From positions 416,001-480,000 of the forward strand of contig CAXXFF010000004.1 of NCBI GenBank assembly GCA_963676835.2: a stretch of DNA of 64,000 nt. Reading direction: 5' to 3'. Numbering within the stretch: the first letter of the stretch is position 1; every line of letters begins with the position of its first letter. Shown piece after piece: positions 60,713-64,000 of the stretch. Both the position numbers and the translations under genes were made by a program. The DNA is from Marispirochaeta sp. Lineage in GTDB: Bacteria > Spirochaetota > Spirochaetia > JC444 > Marispirochaetaceae. Under the pieces are notes generated by a model. The model did no database searches. It had not been told where the DNA came from and was given only the letters and a program-made list of their open reading frames with translations.

Positions 60713-62002
60713 TCATCCCGCAGCAACTCCGAATATCAGGTTTGGCAACCAAAGACTAAGCTGTGGAATAAAAGTGAGCAAAAGAAGCACAATAACCAGA
60801 GGAATTATATATATCGCAGTAGACCGTGCTACATTTTCGACGGTTGTATTAGCAACACTGCTTAACACAAAGAGCACCGTTCCAAAGGGCGGAGTAAGAA
60901 TACCAATCATCAAATTAAGAATCATAATCACGCCAAAATGAACAGGATCAATTCCAAGAGATGCCATAAGAGGCAAGAAAACAGGTACAAGTATATTGAT
61001 CGCTGCTACAGTCTCCATAAAAAGGCCGACAATCAGAAGCAAAATATTTATTGATAAAAGAATTAAATAGTAATTATGTATGTGGTTCAACATAAAGTTT
61101 GCTACTATTTGCGGAACCTGCTCCTTGGCCAGGATCCATGCGAACAGACTCGCTGATACAACAATAAACATCACCTGTACCGTAGTACTCATCGAACTTC
61201 GTAATGCACGGAGGAATCGTTCGAGATTCATTTCCTTATATATCAAGACTCCGATAATTATCGCGTAAACACAAGATATGGCGGCCGCCTCTGTTGGAGT
61301 AAAAACACCAAAAAAAATCCCGCCAAGGATAATTCCTGGTGTCAACAACGCCCAGAAAGTCTGCAAAAAAGAGACTGCAACATCCTTGATAGAGCTGGAA
61401 GCCTCTACAGGAGTACCAAGTTTAACCGCCTGGAAATAAATTAAGACCATTAAGGCACCGCCCATAAGAAATCCCGGAACAATACCAGCGGCCAGGAGCC
61501 GCCCAACTGATGCCTGAGCAACTACGGCATAGATTACTGCAACCATACTCGGGGGAATAATTGGACCAATAGTTGAAGATGCGGCAGTTATACCCAGAGT
61601 CATACTATCTGGATAACCAGCTTTTCTCATTGCAGCAATCTCGATAGCGCCTAACCCGCCTGCGTCTGCAATTGCAGCACCCGACATTCCTGCAAATATT
61701 ATACTGGCAACAACATTCACATGACCAAGCCCGCCTTTTATATGGCCAACAAGACGGCTGGCAAATGTAAAAATCCGTGTGGTTACTCCTGTTTCATTCA
61801 TAAGATTGCCTGCCAGGATAAAAAAGGGGACAGCAAGCAACGGATATGTGTTTGCACCGGCAACCATCCGCTGAATGGCGGTAAAATTTGGAACCGCACC
61901 ATCTGCTATGACATATAACATCGAAGGGAGAGCTATTGCGACTGAGACTGGTATTCCCAAGGCAATAAACATGAAAAGGCTGATAAATAAAAACCACAGC
62001 AT
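60713..62002 (-). CDS. dctM: TRAP transporter large permease
   Basis: LLAVPFFILAG, GPIIPPS, FTPTEAA and GILTPPFG motifs. Confidence 0.95.
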   Translation of the reverse strand: MLWFLFISLFMFIALGIPVSVAIALPSMLYVIADGAVPNFTAIQRMVAGANTYPLLAVPFFILAGNLMNETGVTTRIFTFASRLVGHIKGGLGHVNVVASIIFAGMSGAAIADAGGLGAIEIAAMRKAGYPDSMTLGITAASSTIGPIIPPSMVAVIYAVVAQASVGRLLAAGIVPGFLMGGALMVLIYFQAVKLGTPVEASSSIKDVAVSFLQTFWALLTPGIILGGIFFGVFTPTEAAAISCVYAIIIGVLIYKEMNLERFLRALRSSMSTTVQVMFIVVSASLFAWILAKEQVPQIVANFMLNHIHNYYLILLSINILLLIVGLFMETVAAINILVPVFLPLMASLGIDPVHFGVIMILNLMIGILTPPFGTVLFVLSSVANTTVENVARSTAIYIIPLVIVLLLLTFIPQLSLWLPNLIFGVAAG

Positions 62003-62024
62003 ATTAAAAATGTCTCCTTATAAA

Positions 62025-62528
62025 CTAAGCTCCCAGTTTTGTCGTAGGTTCATTAAATCCTTTTTTAAATTGCCTGTAGGCATCCGGTATTTCTCTAATA
62101 GTAAATAAAACCCCTCCAACAGCTGGTGCGATATATAGCCAAAACTGGGATAACTGCATCGCCTGCGAACGGAATAATGCCGAACGCGACGCAAGTTGAA
62201 AGCTAAAAACAATGAGTAAGACAAGAAAAAGTAGAATAATAATTTCTTTAAAAAGCCATATAACCATTCGAACAACAGGGTGCAATGCCGGCTCAATCAT
62301 TGCATACATAATCTCAATTTTTATATGCGATCCAAATCTACGCACATATGCAGCACCGACAAAAGATAACCAAACAAACGAATAGCTGGAAAATTCAACA
62401 CTCCATGAAGCATAGAAACCTAGGACATATCTAGAAAAAACCCCAAAAGTCATAACAACAAATACTGACATGAAGAATATTGTTGGCAATGCTTCTTCAA
62501 AAACATCATAGATTTTTTGTAGTTTCAT
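62025..62528 (-). CDS. dctQ: TRAP transporter small permease
   Basis: Four TM helices; VFSRYV, WSVE and HIKIE motifs. Confidence 0.9.
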   Translation of the reverse strand: MKLQKIYDVFEEALPTIFFMSVFVVMTFGVFSRYVLGFYASWSVEFSSYSFVWLSFVGAAYVRRFGSHIKIEIMYAMIEPALHPVVRMVIWLFKEIIILLFLVLLIVFSFQLASRSALFRSQAMQLSQFWLYIAPAVGGVLFTIREIPDAYRQFKKGFNEPTTKLGA

Positions 62529-62566
62529 TACATTTCCTAAAGAGAAACAAGTACATGCTTTTAAAA

Positions 62567-62589
62567 GGCCGGGAAATTCGTTCCCGGCC
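62567..62589 (-). terminator. Intercistronic hairpin after dctP
   Basis: GGCCGGGAA-attcg-TTCCCGGCC followed by T4 on the minus strand. Confidence 0.6.
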
Positions 62590-62597
62590 CAAGGGGG

Positions 62598-63620
62598 TCA
62601 CATATTCTGGATTCTGGTAAAGAGATCTTCTCCATAGCGGATCCACCACTTGCGAAAGTCCACAGGCATAGACGCTGTCTTTTTCAGGAAAGCATCCTTA
62701 TCAGGCTGGATAATTTCACATCCTTGCGATTCAAAGAACGATCCAAGGTTTTTATCATCTTCCTTGAGAAGATCAATGATAAGAGTAGAGGCCTCATCAA
62801 AAGCATCGGTGACAATTTTCTGTTGTTCGGATGAAAGTCCTTTAAACTTCTCTCCGTTCATAAGAAAGAAACACAGATTGGTTACATGCCCGGTTAAATT
62901 GATGTATTTAGCAACTTCGTAAAATTTCATTGCTTTAATAGCAGAAAGGGGATTCTCAAGACCATCAACAACACCTTGCTGCATAGCCATGTAAGCTTCA
63001 GAAAATGCGATGGGCGTTGGTTCAGATCCCATAGCTTTACCATATGCTACTGTTACCTGCTGCTGGGGAACTCTTAATTTAAAACCTGACAAATCTTCAG
63101 GAGTTCTGATTGGTTTTTCTACCGAAACGAGATGTCGAATTCCATATGCAGAAGTTCCGATTACCTTTATGCCAAATTCCTTCTCCAGATCGTCGAACAT
63201 CTGCTGTCCTATATCGCTTTTTGCAAAACGAACAACATGGTCAAGGTCTTTGAAAAGATACGGCATTTCAGCAACGTAAATCGGTTTATAGAGATTTCCG
63301 ATTTGACCAGCACCTGAAACTGCCATATCAACAGACCCAAATATTACAGCCTCGGTAATCTGTTCCTCAGTTCCCAGCTGGGATGAAGGGTAAACTTCAA
63401 TTTTAATTAACCCGTCCGTTCTCTCCTCAATCAGCTTTGCTGCAAGATTCGCGCCCTGGTCCCATGGATGCCCAGGGTTATACACATGTGCCAGCTTCAT
63501 TACAGTTGGTTCAGTAATACCTTCGCCACCTGATGCACTCTGCTGTTGCCCATTAGAGAAAGCAAGAGACATCACAACACCCATGAGCGCCATTACCATG
63601 ATCATTTTTTTGATGTTCAT
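62598..63620 (-). CDS. dctP: TRAP transporter substrate-binding protein (DctP family)
   Basis: YPSSQLG, LRVP and QGVVDGLENP motifs; signal peptide. Confidence 0.95.
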   Translation of the reverse strand: MNIKKMIMVMALMGVVMSLAFSNGQQQSASGGEGITEPTVMKLAHVYNPGHPWDQGANLAAKLIEERTDGLIKIEVYPSSQLGTEEQITEAVIFGSVDMAVSGAGQIGNLYKPIYVAEMPYLFKDLDHVVRFAKSDIGQQMFDDLEKEFGIKVIGTSAYGIRHLVSVEKPIRTPEDLSGFKLRVPQQQVTVAYGKAMGSEPTPIAFSEAYMAMQQGVVDGLENPLSAIKAMKFYEVAKYINLTGHVTNLCFFLMNGEKFKGLSSEQQKIVTDAFDEASTLIIDLLKEDDKNLGSFFESQGCEIIQPDKDAFLKKTASMPVDFRKWWIRYGEDLFTRIQNM

Positions 63621-63692
63621 TTGAGATCCTCCTATTTTTTGCCGAAATACATGTGCGATCTCAGGAAGCTATTCTTTTTTCGGCAGTATTTG

Positions 63693-63751
63693 ATATATGT
63701 TATCACAGTACAGTAACATGTCAATACAAATATATGTGATAACATATATTT
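63693..63751. promoter_or_regulatory. Probable GntR operator
   Basis: 15-bp inverted repeat ATATATGTTATCACA / TGTGATAACATATAT. Confidence 0.6.
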
Positions 63752-63872
63752 GTAAATCTAAAATAAAATACTATATAAAAAGAAAATATATGTTCAATCT
63801 AATCCCGATAAACACTTTACCCTAAATACCTCAATCGATATAATGCAGAAAAGGACATACAGGAAAAGACCG

Positions 63873-64000
63873 ATGGGCATTGATAAGATTAGTACCAAAA
63901 CACTCCGACAAAAGGTTTTTGATCAACTTAAAGATTCAATAATGTCTGCCGAGATGGAACCTGGGCAGATTTTAAACCTCAGGGGATTAGCCGAGAAATT
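63873..64000 (+). CDS. GntR family regulator, N-terminal part; runs off the right edge
   Basis: Manual translation gives MGIDKISTKTLRQKVFDQLKDSIMSAEMEPGQILNLRGLAEK. Confidence 0.75.
   Translation, partial: MGIDKISTKTLRQKVFDQLKDSIMSAEMEPGQILNLRGLAEK

Noticed and set aside
59620..64000. Calling the AT-rich block a mobile element
   Set aside because: No integrase, transposase, tRNA or att repeat is visible in the window.

Overview
A gene-dense bacterial chromosomal segment, roughly 50-55% GC by eye. It is probably from a free-living Spirochaetaceae-like organism; this is inferred from signal-peptide style and gene content, not from a search. About 51 CDS are supported. They include: a coupled 4-gene operon (TPR/beta-barrel outer-membrane protein, transglutaminase-7TM, RimK-related ATP-grasp ligase, 1002-aa TPR protein); a complete F0F1 operon atpBEFHAGDC whose alpha subunit carries a C-terminal PTS EIIA-like domain and whose epsilon lacks its C-terminal helices, followed by a (cNMP-STAS)x2 protein; ROK-ppx-ppk1; a cobalamin riboswitch with btuFCD; tex, epmA, efp; a pyrF-pyrE fusion; a PAS/HD-GYP gene with an anomalous 5' end; a probable glucosylglycerate cluster; and an AT-richer TRAP/SDR/GntR block at the right end. 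I found no rRNA, tRNA, CRISPR array or transposase. The best candidates for an undescribed system are (1) the AtpA-EIIA fusion ATP synthase and (2) the ATP-grasp/transglutaminase/TPR/barrel operon. All family calls come from motif recognition by eye, without database searches.
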